A stretch of DNA of 64,000 nucleotides from a candidate division WOR-3 bacterium (lineage in GTDB: Bacteria; Hydrothermota; Tepidihabitantia; Tepidihabitantales; Tepidihabitantaceae): positions 68,335 to 132,334 of the forward strand of contig CBFGIT010000005.1 in NCBI GenBank assembly GCA_965648905.1. The letters run 5' to 3'. The notes beneath the pieces are model-generated. The model searched no databases. It worked only from the letters and a program-made list of their open reading frames with translations, and had not been told where the DNA came from. Position numbers and translations under genes: made by a program. Of this stretch, positions 47,247 through 56,823 are shown piece by piece. Positions within the stretch are counted from its first letter, which is position 1, and every line of letters begins with the position of its first letter.

Positions 47247-49088
47247 CTAAGGTCTAGCCGGGCCCGGGCCGGAGTCAAGTGAGTCGGTGTTCGGTGAGAC
47301 TCTACGGGAGCGGACCGCGCTCAGTGCTGACCGGGCCGGTTCGTGGTCTGAGTCAAGTGCGAGCGCGCGTGAGAGCCAGTAGTCGGCGGACCCGAGACTG
47401 TCCAGGCTGACGTAGACAAGACCGAGCAGGTAGGGAGCTTCGGCGTCGGTCGAGTCAAGTGATATGGCGATGCGGTACATCTGGGCAGCGCGGACGAAGG
47501 CGCGGTGAGCAATGGCCAGGCGCGCACCAGCCAAAGCCGCGGGCAGTCTTGCCGGGGTACGGCCGGCAGCAAGGCGAGCAAGCGGTGCGAAGGTGCTGTC
47601 AGCCTCGGCTACACGGCCGGTCGCGGCCAGTGCCGTCACGATGCTGTAGCGGGCCCAGGGGTTATCGGGTTGGTAATTCAGCGCCCGGCCGAATGCGGCT
47701 ATCGCCCGGGCCGGTTGCCGTTGCTCGAACAGGACGTTGCCGGATTGAATCCAAGCCTGCGCTGAATAGGTGACTCGGTCCACGGGTACGAGCAGCGAAC
47801 CGATGTAGACGAACAGGGCAACGGCACTGCCAGCCGCGAGGGCACGATAGCGTCGGGCTCGCGCCTGCTCGATAAGCTCGCTCAATCCGAACCCGGCAAA
47901 CGCGAGCAGGAGAGGAATTACCGGCGCCCGCAGCCGGGAGAGCACATAGAAAGCCAGTGCTGAGGCAAGATAGGCTACGACGAGGGCGAATACCGGCAAG
48001 ACCCGGTGGCGCTGGGGCCAGGCCCAGTACATGCCGATGAACCCTAAGGCCAGGATTGCGCCGAAATTGATGAATGCGAGCTTGAGTGCGGTTGAGGTAG
48101 CACGGGCGGTCTCCGGGTAGCAGGTGTTGGGTACTTCGTAGTTGGCGAGGAATAGCAGCAGCTTGCGGCCGAGCAGTCGCAGCCAGGAACCGGGGTGCCT
48201 GATGATGAAAGACAGGCCCCGGTGGAACCAGAAGGCCGATGCTCTTGACCAGGAGAGTTGTCGACCGTCGATGAAGCGGCTCGTGCGCTTGAGCCGGTCA
48301 TGGGAGAACGGGCCTTTGCCTTCGAGCTCGGGGGTCGGTTGCCAGGTTCCGTCTGCGAGCGGGTTGTTGCCGTAGTAGAAGTTCAGGCCCGAGTGTGCGG
48401 TGAAGACGACCGGGTCGCGTGCAACAATCAGGTTGCGCACCGGGACTGAGGCGATCACAAGGGACGCGGTTCCAATCACGACCGCAAGGTTACGCACGCG
48501 GGCAGAGCGTTTCTGCCAGACAGCCGTAACCAGAAACGCGAGCAGAAGCTCGGGACGGCAGACAACGGTGAGGCCCCAGGCGATTCCGGCCAGCGCGTGG
48601 CGCCACCAGTGCTGACCTGCGGTCAAGGTCAGCCACAAGGCCGATAGACTGAGCAGGACGGTGACTTCGACGTAGAGCAGCGTGCCCGAATAGAAGACGA
48701 GGATACCAGTGAGCGCAAGGCCGAACGACGCGAAGGTTGCAGCCCGCGCACCGAACATCCGGCGGCAGACTGAGTAGAGCAGCAGGCAGGAGACACCGGC
48801 CATTCCGGCCTGTGCCAGTTGCACGGCCAGTAGACGTACGCCAAAGACCCGATAGATTGCGGCCAGTAGGTAGGGATACAACGGTCGCAGAAAGAATACC
48901 TCTCTGCCCGACAGGTTGTTGCTGATGATGTCCAGGGCCTGGCGGTGATAGTACCAGGAGTCTACGAAGTAGCGGGAGAACGCCGAGAACGGCTGGCCGC
49001 GCATCTCGAGCACGAACCATAGCCGCAGACCAACGGTCAGAACCACGGCGCTGGTCGGACCCAGCCAGCGGAATCGAGACTGCTTCAC
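47247..49088 (-). CDS. GT-C (PMT/ArnT-like) glycosyltransferase with C-terminal TPRs
   Basis: DSWYYH..PLYPYLLA, multiple TMs, NFYYGNNP.ADG, RLRAP, TPR tail. Confidence 0.8.
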   Translation of the reverse strand: MKQSRFRWLGPTSAVVLTVGLRLWFVLEMRGQPFSAFSRYFVDSWYYHRQALDIISNNLSGREVFFLRPLYPYLLAAIYRVFGVRLLAVQLAQAGMAGVSCLLLYSVCRRMFGARAATFASFGLALTGILVFYSGTLLYVEVTVLLSLSALWLTLTAGQHWWRHALAGIAWGLTVVCRPELLLAFLVTAVWQKRSARVRNLAVVIGTASLVIASVPVRNLIVARDPVVFTAHSGLNFYYGNNPLADGTWQPTPELEGKGPFSHDRLKRTSRFIDGRQLSWSRASAFWFHRGLSFIIRHPGSWLRLLGRKLLLFLANYEVPNTCYPETARATSTALKLAFINFGAILALGFIGMYWAWPQRHRVLPVFALVVAYLASALAFYVLSRLRAPVIPLLLAFAGFGLSELIEQARARRYRALAAGSAVALFVYIGSLLVPVDRVTYSAQAWIQSGNVLFEQRQPARAIAAFGRALNYQPDNPWARYSIVTALAATGRVAEADSTFAPLARLAAGRTPARLPAALAGARLAIAHRAFVRAAQMYRIAISLDSTDAEAPYLLGLVYVSLDSLGSADYWLSRALALDSDHEPARSALSAVRSRRVSPNTDSLDSGPGPARP

Positions 49089-49861
49089 GCGCCGGGAAGC
49101 ATGACCTGGGGGCGGCCGGTCCCCGGGTGGCGCGTGAGCAGGGGCTCGACGCCATAGGCCAACTGAACGAAGTCCCGGGTGATGACCTGGTCTGGGGTAC
49201 CGCGGGCGAGTATTTTCCCCTGGTGCAGGAGCAGCACCCGGGAGCAGACGAGCGCCGCCAGGTTCAGGTCGTGGGAGAGAAAGACGATCGTCTTTCCCTG
49301 ACGGTTGAGCCGGGCAAGTATTCGTGTGATTTGCAACTGGTGAGAAATGTCAAGATGCGAGGTGGCTTCATCGAGCAGCAGCAGCTCAGGTTCCTGGGCC
49401 AGCGCTCGGGCCAGAACCGCGCGTTGCTTCTCTCCGGCCGAGATGGCGTTAATGCTTGAGTCAGCCAGTTGACTTGCGCCTGCCAGTTCCAGCGCCTGAG
49501 CGACGATGTCCATGTCCTTCTGGCCCGGCCGTTCGAACCGACCAAGAAACGGATTGCGGCCCATCGTCACGACTTCTCGCACCGTGTAGTCAAAGGCGAA
49601 GAAACTCTCCTGCGGCACCAGGGCACAGAGCCGCGCTGTCTCGCGTCGCGGCAGGCCGGCAAGGTCGCGCCCCAGGAGCCAGACCCGGCCCCGGGCCGGC
49701 CGCAACAGACCGGACACGAGGCGCAGGAGCGTAGATTTGCCGGCCCCGTTTGGTCCGATGATGCCCAGGAACTCGCCTTGTTCAACCTCGAGGTCGAAGT
49801 CACGGAACAGGTCAGCCTTGGAGAAGCTGAACGACAGTCCTTGCACCTCGATTGCTTTCAC
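49085..49861 (-). CDS. Cobalamin/Fe-complex ABC transporter ATPase
   Basis: GPNGAGKS, ISAGEKQR, LLLDEATSHLD, HDLN. Confidence 0.92.
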   Translation of the reverse strand: MKAIEVQGLSFSFSKADLFRDFDLEVEQGEFLGIIGPNGAGKSTLLRLVSGLLRPARGRVWLLGRDLAGLPRRETARLCALVPQESFFAFDYTVREVVTMGRNPFLGRFERPGQKDMDIVAQALELAGASQLADSSINAISAGEKQRAVLARALAQEPELLLLDEATSHLDISHQLQITRILARLNRQGKTIVFLSHDLNLAALVCSRVLLLHQGKILARGTPDQVITRDFVQLAYGVEPLLTRHPGTGRPQVMLPGA

Positions 49862-50811
49862 AGCTTCCGCCTCAGCAGGTAGATGAAGAACGGAACGCCA
49901 ACGAGGGCAGTCACAACCGAAAGCGGCAGCCCGCCGGGGACGACGTTTCGGGCGACCACGTCGGCCAGAAGCAGGGTCCCGGCACCGGCAAGAAACGAGC
50001 CGGGTAACAGGCGGGCGTGGCCCGGCCCGAGCAGCATCCGCACGACGTGCGGTACAACAAGACCGACAAAGCTGATTGCACCGGTGAACGAGACGACCAG
50101 ACCGACGAGTACGGAGGAGATGAGGAATACGGTCCGGGTCAGACGGCCGGTGTCTACGCCGAGACTCTGGGCGGTTTCTTCACTCGTGCTCATGATGTCA
50201 ATCTGGCGCGAACATGACCAGAGCCAGCAGCAGCCGGCACTGCTCAATGCTCCGGCGAAGACGAGAAGCAGAAGTGACGGTACAGTGAACACTGCGGACA
50301 GATGCCCCATCGTCATAAAAACCGCTTCGCCGACAGTACGGCGCGAGAGGACCATCATGAGCATCACCAGGCTGGAGAACAGGAAACTCATGATTACGCC
50401 GGCCAGGACCAGACCGGTGACCGTGACCCGGCCGCGGACACGCGCCAGCATCCAGACGAGCACCATCGCTACACCGGCGCCGAGCAACCCGCCCAATGGT
50501 GCGAACAGACTCGTGGTCCGGCCCAAGGCTGTGACCAGCACTGAGCCGAATGCTCCGCCGCTGGCAACGCCGAGCGTGAAAGGGTCGACGAGCGGGTTCT
50601 GCAGAAGCCCCTGCAGGGACGCACCGACCACGGCCAGCACCCCGCCGGCAAACACGCCGAGGCCGAGCCGAATCAGCCGGAGCGTGAGCAGTGTCCCGGC
50701 GTTTTCCCCGGACAGCCGGCCCGGCCCGATTGCTGTCGAGGCAAGCACGGCCAGCAGCAGGAATGTAGTTAGCCCGACCCAGACCAGAGGCCTCTGCTGC
50801 CCGGCTCTCAT
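49858..50811 (-). CDS. FecCD/BtuC permease
   Basis: QGLLQNPLVDPFTLGVASG, GAISFVGLVVPH, GVPFF. Confidence 0.92.
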   Translation of the reverse strand: MRAGQQRPLVWVGLTTFLLLAVLASTAIGPGRLSGENAGTLLTLRLIRLGLGVFAGGVLAVVGASLQGLLQNPLVDPFTLGVASGGAFGSVLVTALGRTTSLFAPLGGLLGAGVAMVLVWMLARVRGRVTVTGLVLAGVIMSFLFSSLVMLMMVLSRRTVGEAVFMTMGHLSAVFTVPSLLLLVFAGALSSAGCCWLWSCSRQIDIMSTSEETAQSLGVDTGRLTRTVFLISSVLVGLVVSFTGAISFVGLVVPHVVRMLLGPGHARLLPGSFLAGAGTLLLADVVARNVVPGGLPLSVVTALVGVPFFIYLLRRKL

Positions 50812-50821
50812 TGCCTTCTTC

Positions 50822-51646
50822 CTATGCCTTGACCCTTGAATTCAAGAGCCGCGCGAGCAGCTCCACCCCTTCGGCGATTCTGGGCCCGGGGCGGAAGAAA
50901 AGGTCTTCATCGAGCCCGTCATACACCTGGTCGGTTCTGACTGCGCGGATTCCCGACCAGCCGATTCGGGCTTTGACTTCGGCCGCGGTCGCACCCGGGT
51001 GCAGGATGAGCATCACCTGCGGGTCGGCTTCAACCACGGCTGCGCCGTCCACCACCGGGTACTGCTGGAGCGCAGCCGCGAACACGTTGCGGCCGCCGGC
51101 CCGGGCGACCAGCTCGTTGATGAACGTTCGCGAACCAACCGTCATGAGCGGAGACGAGGAGATTTCGACATAGACGCCCGGCGTGTCCGGGCAAGCCACT
51201 ACGGCATCGAGCCGATGCTTCAGCTCGAGCACGAGGGACTCAGCCTTGGCTTCGACGTCCAGTTTCCTGCCTACCGAATGGATTTCGTCGAATACGTCGT
51301 CGATGCTGTTGGGTTGCGAGACGTAGACGGTGACCTTGAGTTCACGCAGCTTCTCAATCAGGGCCTGATGCATGGGTAGTGTGGCAAAGACGATGCCGGG
51401 CTTGAGTGCAACAATTCGCTCCAGGTCCGGGGCTGAGAAGTCGCCGACTTTGTATACCCGTCGTGCCTCAGTCGGATAGTCACACTGATTCGTGTTGCCG
51501 ACCAGCGTCCGTTCAGCGCCGAGCGCGTAGATGATTTCCGTGACACTCGGAACCAGCGATACCACGCGCCGCCCGTCGGTCTGGTACTGCCTGCCCGGAC
51601 ACGAGCAAAGGAGCAGAAGAGCCGCAACCAGCTCGGCCCGTTTCAT
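50822..51646 (-). CDS. BtuF-like substrate-binding lipoprotein
   Basis: RVVSLVPSVTEIIYALG, CDYP, ERIVALKP, RPGPRI. Confidence 0.9.
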   Translation of the reverse strand: MKRAELVAALLLLCSCPGRQYQTDGRRVVSLVPSVTEIIYALGAERTLVGNTNQCDYPTEARRVYKVGDFSAPDLERIVALKPGIVFATLPMHQALIEKLRELKVTVYVSQPNSIDDVFDEIHSVGRKLDVEAKAESLVLELKHRLDAVVACPDTPGVYVEISSSPLMTVGSRTFINELVARAGGRNVFAAALQQYPVVDGAAVVEADPQVMLILHPGATAAEVKARIGWSGIRAVRTDQVYDGLDEDLFFRPGPRIAEGVELLARLLNSRVKA

Positions 51647-52485
51647 TCGTCAACCCGGGTCTGGGTGTCCGGGCCCTCGTTGTCATCCTGGTCTGGACGG
51701 GCTACGGCGGCAAGTCCGGGTTCGTTCACTTTGTGAGCGGATACGACGAAGACAGTGTGCGCGACCATCCGGTCGGCCGGTCTGATTCCGGAAGCGCGCA
51801 CGAGGATCCGGCGCTGGAGGGTCTCTTCGACCTCGATGCGGGCAAAGCCCTGCATCTCCAGGGCCGAGACCGTCCGCCGGACCTGCTCAAAGGTCGGGCT
51901 TATGGAGATGAGCACGTGGCCGCCGCGCAGAGCCCGGTGCGCGGCCGGAATCAGGGTCCAGGGTTCTGGAACGTCGAGCAAGACCGCATCGACGTCGGAC
52001 TGGTCGAAACCTTCCTGCTCCGGGTCGCGGACGAAGAAGTCGCAGTACCGGTCGAGTCCATACCGAGCGACGTTCTGTCGGGCGTTGGCGCTGAACTCGG
52101 ACCGCCGTTCGTAGGAGTAGACTCTGCCGTCGGGCCGGACGAAGTTCGCAAGAATCGTGGTCAGCGCTCCGGAACCAGAGCCGGTTTCAATCACCCGGGC
52201 GCCGGGGAAGACCTGGGCACGGGTGAGCATGGTTCCGACGTCTTTCGGATAGACGATGGTGGTCGTGCGTTTGACTTTGAGGGCGAGGTCGTCGAGTCCG
52301 GGTCGCAGCAGGAAGAAAAGGAACCCGAGGTGGGTGCGGATAGCGGCGCCGTAGTCGAGCCCGACGATCCGGTCGTGACGGATTTCGCCCCGATGGGTCG
52401 AGAAACCACCGCCGGGCTGGACTCGAACAAGGTAGTTGATACGGTCCGAATGATAGAGCAGTACGAAGTCGCCGGGCTGAATCAT
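51643..52485 (-). CDS. trmI: tRNA m1A58 methyltransferase TrmI
   Basis: RTTTIVYPKD, ETGSGSG, YERR, LDVPEPW, RMVAHT. Confidence 0.9.
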   Translation of the reverse strand: MIQPGDFVLLYHSDRINYLVRVQPGGGFSTHRGEIRHDRIVGLDYGAAIRTHLGFLFFLLRPGLDDLALKVKRTTTIVYPKDVGTMLTRAQVFPGARVIETGSGSGALTTILANFVRPDGRVYSYERRSEFSANARQNVARYGLDRYCDFFVRDPEQEGFDQSDVDAVLLDVPEPWTLIPAAHRALRGGHVLISISPTFEQVRRTVSALEMQGFARIEVEETLQRRILVRASGIRPADRMVAHTVFVVSAHKVNEPGLAAVARPDQDDNEGPDTQTRVDE

Positions 52486-52491
52486 CGGTGG

Positions 52492-52566
52492 ATTCTAGAA
52501 GCACGATGTCCTAAGTCAAGCGGACTGCGGCACTAAGCTTGACTGACAGCGGGTTTCGGCTAGTCT
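52492..52566. promoter_or_regulatory. Divergent sigma70 promoters for trmI and mreB
   Basis: Minus strand TTGACT-N16-TAGAAT (52492-52519); plus strand TTGACT-N16-TAGTCT (52539-52566). Confidence 0.65.
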
Positions 52567-52576
52567 TTGCCTGCGC

Positions 52577-53614
52577 ATGGTCTCCCTGTTCAAGAGCATT
52601 GCCGAGAGGTTCACCAACGACATCGCCATTGACCTTGGTACTTCGTCGACTCTGATTTACGTCAAGGGCAAAGGCATCGAGTTGCGTGAGCCCTCAATCG
52701 TCGCGATTGACGATACGACCCACGAGGTCGTTGCCGTCGGCACTGAGGCCAAGCGGATGCTGGGTCGTACGCCCGAGGGTATCCGTGCCATCCGGCCGAT
52801 GAAAGACGGAGTGATTGCCGACTTCGGGGTTGTTGAGGTAATGCTCAAGACCTACATCAGCATCGTTCAGAAGAAGAAGCTCTTTGTCCGGCCGCGGGTC
52901 ATTGTCTGCGTTCCGTCGGGAATAACCGAGGTCGAGAAGCGGGCGGTGCGTGATTCGGTTGAGGCATCGGGTGCACGGGAGATATACCTTGTGTCCGAGC
53001 CGATTGCCGCGGCGATCGGCGTTGGTCTGCCGGTCGAAGCACCAACCGGCAATATGATCATTGACATCGGCGGCGGCACGACCGAGATTGCGGTCGTCGC
53101 ACTCTCGGGCGTGGTCAACGCTGCCTCAGTCAGGGTGGCGGGCGACGAGATGGATGAGGCGATTATCAACTACATCAAGAAGAACTACAACCTCATCATC
53201 GGCGAGCAGACCGCGGAGAATATCAAGATGGCGATCGGCTCGGCCTATGCCACCGGCAAAGAAGAGACGATGGACGTCAAGGGGCGGGACCTGGTCTCGG
53301 GCATTCCCAAGACCATCAAGATCACAAGCACCAAGGTTCGGGAATCGCTGGAGGAGCCGGTCTCGTTGATTGTCGACGCCGTGCGGCTGGCACTGGAGAA
53401 GACTCCGCCCGAACTCGCGGCCGACATCGTTGACCGCGGCATCTACATGGCCGGCGGTGGTGCACTGCTGCGCGGTCTCGACCTGCTCATCAAGGAAGAG
53501 ACGAGCCTGCCGGTATTTGTCGCCGAGAATCCGCTGGAGAGCGTGGTTCGGGGGGCGGGCCGGATTCTTGAGAACATCGGCGTCAACGAAAAGCTCGTCT
53601 TCCGCAGCAAGTAA
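52577..53614 (+). CDS. mreB: Rod shape-determining protein MreB
   Basis: IDLGT, RPMKDGVIADF, DIGGGTTE, GGGALLRG. Confidence 0.97.
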   Translation: MVSLFKSIAERFTNDIAIDLGTSSTLIYVKGKGIELREPSIVAIDDTTHEVVAVGTEAKRMLGRTPEGIRAIRPMKDGVIADFGVVEVMLKTYISIVQKKKLFVRPRVIVCVPSGITEVEKRAVRDSVEASGAREIYLVSEPIAAAIGVGLPVEAPTGNMIIDIGGGTTEIAVVALSGVVNAASVRVAGDEMDEAIINYIKKNYNLIIGEQTAENIKMAIGSAYATGKEETMDVKGRDLVSGIPKTIKITSTKVRESLEEPVSLIVDAVRLALEKTPPELAADIVDRGIYMAGGGALLRGLDLLIKEETSLPVFVAENPLESVVRGAGRILENIGVNEKLVFRSK

Positions 53615-53662
53615 CCGGGCAGGCAGGGCCATGCCCGGCGCAGGTTTCGAACTCCACAGCTC

Positions 53663-54526
53663 GTGACCAGACGTTCTTCCTTCAACTGGCAGGACCGGGT
53701 TGCATGGGGGATTCTGGCTTTGGGCGTGGGCATACTGCTTGCGCCGGCGCGGCTCAAGACCGGGCTGCTGCTGCCGGTGCAGACCGTAGTTCATGCGCCG
53801 AATCGTCTGCTCGCCGGTTTGACCGCGAACGTATCCGGTCGGGCGCGGGAGAACGCGCGGCTTGCGCGGCTTGCTGCTGAGCTCGCAGTCGAGAACGCCC
53901 GGCTCCGGGCCCTGGCACACGTCGATAACCGAGCGCCGAGTGACACCCTGTTGTTGATGCGGGCGACGGTCATCGGCCGGGACCTGGCCACGTTTGAACG
54001 GTACTTGACAATCAGTCTGGGCAGGCGCAGCGGTGCAAAACCGGGTGACCCAGTCATCACTGCCGATGGTGTCGTCGGCATTGTGACGGCGTGCGGCGAC
54101 CATCAGTCAATAGTTCAGACCCTGATTTCGCCGTCGGCCCGGGCGGCGGTGATGAACCTCCGCTCGCGTACCCCCGGGGTCGCCAGACCGGACCGGAACC
54201 GATTGCTTGACGTCAGCTACCTTCCCAGGGACGCTGACTACCAGGTCGGCGATACCGTTGTTACCGCGGGCCTGGGGCGGGTCTTCCCCAAGGGGTTACT
54301 GGTCGGCATCGTGGTACCGATGCCCGAAGGGAGCCCGGTCGCGCAGACCGAGCTGTTCAAGCCGGTCAAAGTCAGACCGTTCGTTGATTTCTCGCGGCTG
54401 GATGCTGTCTTTGTGCTGCGTCTGCCTGAGGCGGCGCCGGTTGCCACCGGGTCTGACAGCCGGTCACGGATGTGGCTTGAGAATCTGGCGCCGGATGAGG
54501 TGTCGCCGCCCGAGGAGGAGCAATAG
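53663..54526 (+). CDS. mreC: MreC
   Basis: ENARL coiled coil, GVVGIV, GDTVVTAGLGRVFPKGL. Confidence 0.9.
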   Translation: MTRRSSFNWQDRVAWGILALGVGILLAPARLKTGLLLPVQTVVHAPNRLLAGLTANVSGRARENARLARLAAELAVENARLRALAHVDNRAPSDTLLLMRATVIGRDLATFERYLTISLGRRSGAKPGDPVITADGVVGIVTACGDHQSIVQTLISPSARAAVMNLRSRTPGVARPDRNRLLDVSYLPRDADYQVGDTVVTAGLGRVFPKGLLVGIVVPMPEGSPVAQTELFKPVKVRPFVDFSRLDAVFVLRLPEAAPVATGSDSRSRMWLENLAPDEVSPPEEEQ

Positions 54527-54614
54527 GGGCCAAGTCAAGGGGGAGAATGCCGAGGGCAGACGGCGAAGTGCACGGCGGTGGTCCGAGCCATGAAATACAG
54601 GGGAACGAGCACCG

Positions 54615-55061
54615 GTGAGATTGGTGTTGATGCTCGTCCTGCTGTACGTGATGTGTCTGGTACAGGTTGCCGCCGGGCCCTACTTCCCGCAGCTCGCGCT
54701 CGTCAGTGTGATTATCCTGTCCTGGAGATACGATTCGGCTTCGTCGGGCTGGGCTCGACTGGCCGCGACGCTCCTGGGTGCGTTCGCCGGTCTCTGCCTC
54801 GACTTGTCGTCACCGGGTTCGGCCGGACCCAACCTGCTGGTTCTGGCTCTATCCGGCTACGCCGCAGCCTCGCTCAAGCTCGTCATCTACCGCGGACGCT
54901 GGGCCGTGACGTTGCTCTGTCTTGCCGCCCTTGTGGCCAGGTGGCTGCTTCTCTCGGTCGGCGGCAGCCTCGCCGCCAGTCTCGCAGCGCACGCCGTGTC
55001 GTCGGCACTCACGCTGGTTCTGGTCTATCTCGGGACGCGATTCCTCGCCGCATCCCCGTGA
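54615..55061 (+). CDS. mreD: MreD
   Basis: Hydrophobic; GAFAGLCLDL; lies between mreC and mrdA. Confidence 0.8.
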   Translation: MRLVLMLVLLYVMCLVQVAAGPYFPQLALVSVIILSWRYDSASSGWARLAATLLGAFAGLCLDLSSPGSAGPNLLVLALSGYAAASLKLVIYRGRWAVTLLCLAALVARWLLLSVGGSLAASLAAHAVSSALTLVLVYLGTRFLAASP

Positions 55062-55065
55062 CACA

Positions 55066-56823
55066 GTGGAACACCGGTTCGTTCGTCTGACCCAGGCTCT
55101 CGCCGCTCTGTTCGCAGTCCTGATTGTCCGTCTGGCGCAGTTGCAGCTCGTTCAGGGCCGCCGCTATTCGTACCTGAGCGACCGAAACCGGATTCGGCAG
55201 GTCGTGCTGCCGGCACCGCGCGGTCGCATACTCGACCGGAATGATCGGGTGATTGCCGAATCGAGGCCGTCATTTACCTGCACGGTCGTCCCGACCGAGC
55301 TTGCCGACTCGACCCTCGGCCTGCTGGCTCGATTGCTGGAAGTGCCGGAGGAGGAGTTGAGCCGACGTATCCGGCCGGTGGCAGCCTATGCTTCGCCGGT
55401 CAAGGTCAGGCGTGACCTCTCCCCGGCCGAGGTCTGCCGCATCGAAGAGAACAACTTCCGGCTCGGCGGCGTGCATCTGCGTATTGACCCGGTTCGGAGT
55501 TATCCGGCTGGTGAGGCGTATGGCCATGTGCTTGGTCACCTCGGCGAGGCTTCGGATGAGGACCTGCGCCGGGACACGACGCTGCGGCCGCTTGACCTGG
55601 TGGGCCGTTCCGGGATTGAAGCCGAGTACGAACGACTGCTGCGTGGTCGGGACGGGTCCGAGTACGTCGAGGTTGACGTCAGGGGCCAGGAAGTCAGGCC
55701 GCTGCGCGAGAAACGTCCGGTCCCGCCTGTCCCGGGCAAGGAACTCCACCTCGCTCTTGACGACCGTATCCAGCAGCTTGCGGCCGAGCTGACCAGGGGC
55801 TACGACCGGGCCGCAGTTGTCGGACTTAAGGTCCGAACCGGCGAGGTGGTCTGCCTGTTGTCAAGGCCGACGTTCGACCCGGGCGTCTTCATCGGGTCGG
55901 TTGATACTGCTGTGTGGAACCGGCTCATGAGCAATCGCTCGAAACCGTTCTTCAACCGGGCGATTTCCTCGGGTTACCCACCGGGCAGCACGATGAAACC
56001 AGTAGTTGCGCTGGCTGCGTTGCGCCGGGGAGTGATCAGTCCGACCACGGTGCTCGACCCGTGCCACGGGTCATACCGGTACGGTAACCGCACGTTCAAG
56101 TGCTGGGCCAGCCACGGCGCGGTCAACCTCATTGAGGCGCTGGCAGTCTCCTGCAACAACTACTTCTATCAAGTCGGTCTGCGTCTGGGAATAGATAGTC
56201 TCACCGCCTTTGCCCTGCAGGTCGGCCTGGGCCGAACCACAGGAATTGACCTTCCGGGCGAGCGGGCCGGGAATATCCCGACCCGTGCCTGGCTTGATCG
56301 GCGTTACGGCAAAGGGCGCTGGGGAGCAGGCTCAGTCCTCAACTTCGCCATTGGCCAGGGCGAGGTGCTGGTGACCCCGCTCCAACTTGCGGTCTTCTAC
56401 GCAGCGGTTGCCAACAACGGCATCGCCTGCCGGCCTCATGTCCTGGACCGTGCCGACTCGGCCGGGCAGGAGGTATACCGTGCTCAGATACAGACCACGC
56501 GCCTGCCGGTAAGTGAGGCCGACATCAGGCAGGTGAAGGCAGGTCTAGACCGGGTGGTCGAATACGGCACAGCCGCGGCAGTGCGGATGAAAGAGGTCGC
56601 GATTGCCGGCAAGACCGGCACGGCCCAGAACCCGCCCCGACCTGACCACGCCTGGTTTGTCGGCTATGCGCCGGCCGACGACCCGGAGATAGTGTTTTCA
56701 GTGCTGGTTGAGAACGCCGGCCACGGCGGCAGTGTCGCCGCACCGATTGCGGCCAGACTCATCCGCGCCTGGTTCTTTCCCGACGAAGTGACGGCCAGCC
56801 AGTCGGATTCTGCCAACCAATGA
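55066..56823 (+). CDS. mrdA: Penicillin-binding protein 2
   Basis: APRGRILDRN, PGSTMK (SxxK), SCN, KTG; GTG start at 55066 inferred. Confidence 0.95.
   Translation: MEHRFVRLTQALAALFAVLIVRLAQLQLVQGRRYSYLSDRNRIRQVVLPAPRGRILDRNDRVIAESRPSFTCTVVPTELADSTLGLLARLLEVPEEELSRRIRPVAAYASPVKVRRDLSPAEVCRIEENNFRLGGVHLRIDPVRSYPAGEAYGHVLGHLGEASDEDLRRDTTLRPLDLVGRSGIEAEYERLLRGRDGSEYVEVDVRGQEVRPLREKRPVPPVPGKELHLALDDRIQQLAAELTRGYDRAAVVGLKVRTGEVVCLLSRPTFDPGVFIGSVDTAVWNRLMSNRSKPFFNRAISSGYPPGSTMKPVVALAALRRGVISPTTVLDPCHGSYRYGNRTFKCWASHGAVNLIEALAVSCNNYFYQVGLRLGIDSLTAFALQVGLGRTTGIDLPGERAGNIPTRAWLDRRYGKGRWGAGSVLNFAIGQGEVLVTPLQLAVFYAAVANNGIACRPHVLDRADSAGQEVYRAQIQTTRLPVSEADIRQVKAGLDRVVEYGTAAAVRMKEVAIAGKTGTAQNPPRPDHAWFVGYAPADDPEIVFSVLVENAGHGGSVAAPIAARLIRAWFFPDEVTASQSDSANQ

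Noticed and set aside
53615..53638. Hairpin CCGGGCA/TGCCCGG after mreB as a terminator
   Set aside because: No adjacent U-tract and it lies mid-operon; at most an mRNA-stabilising stem.
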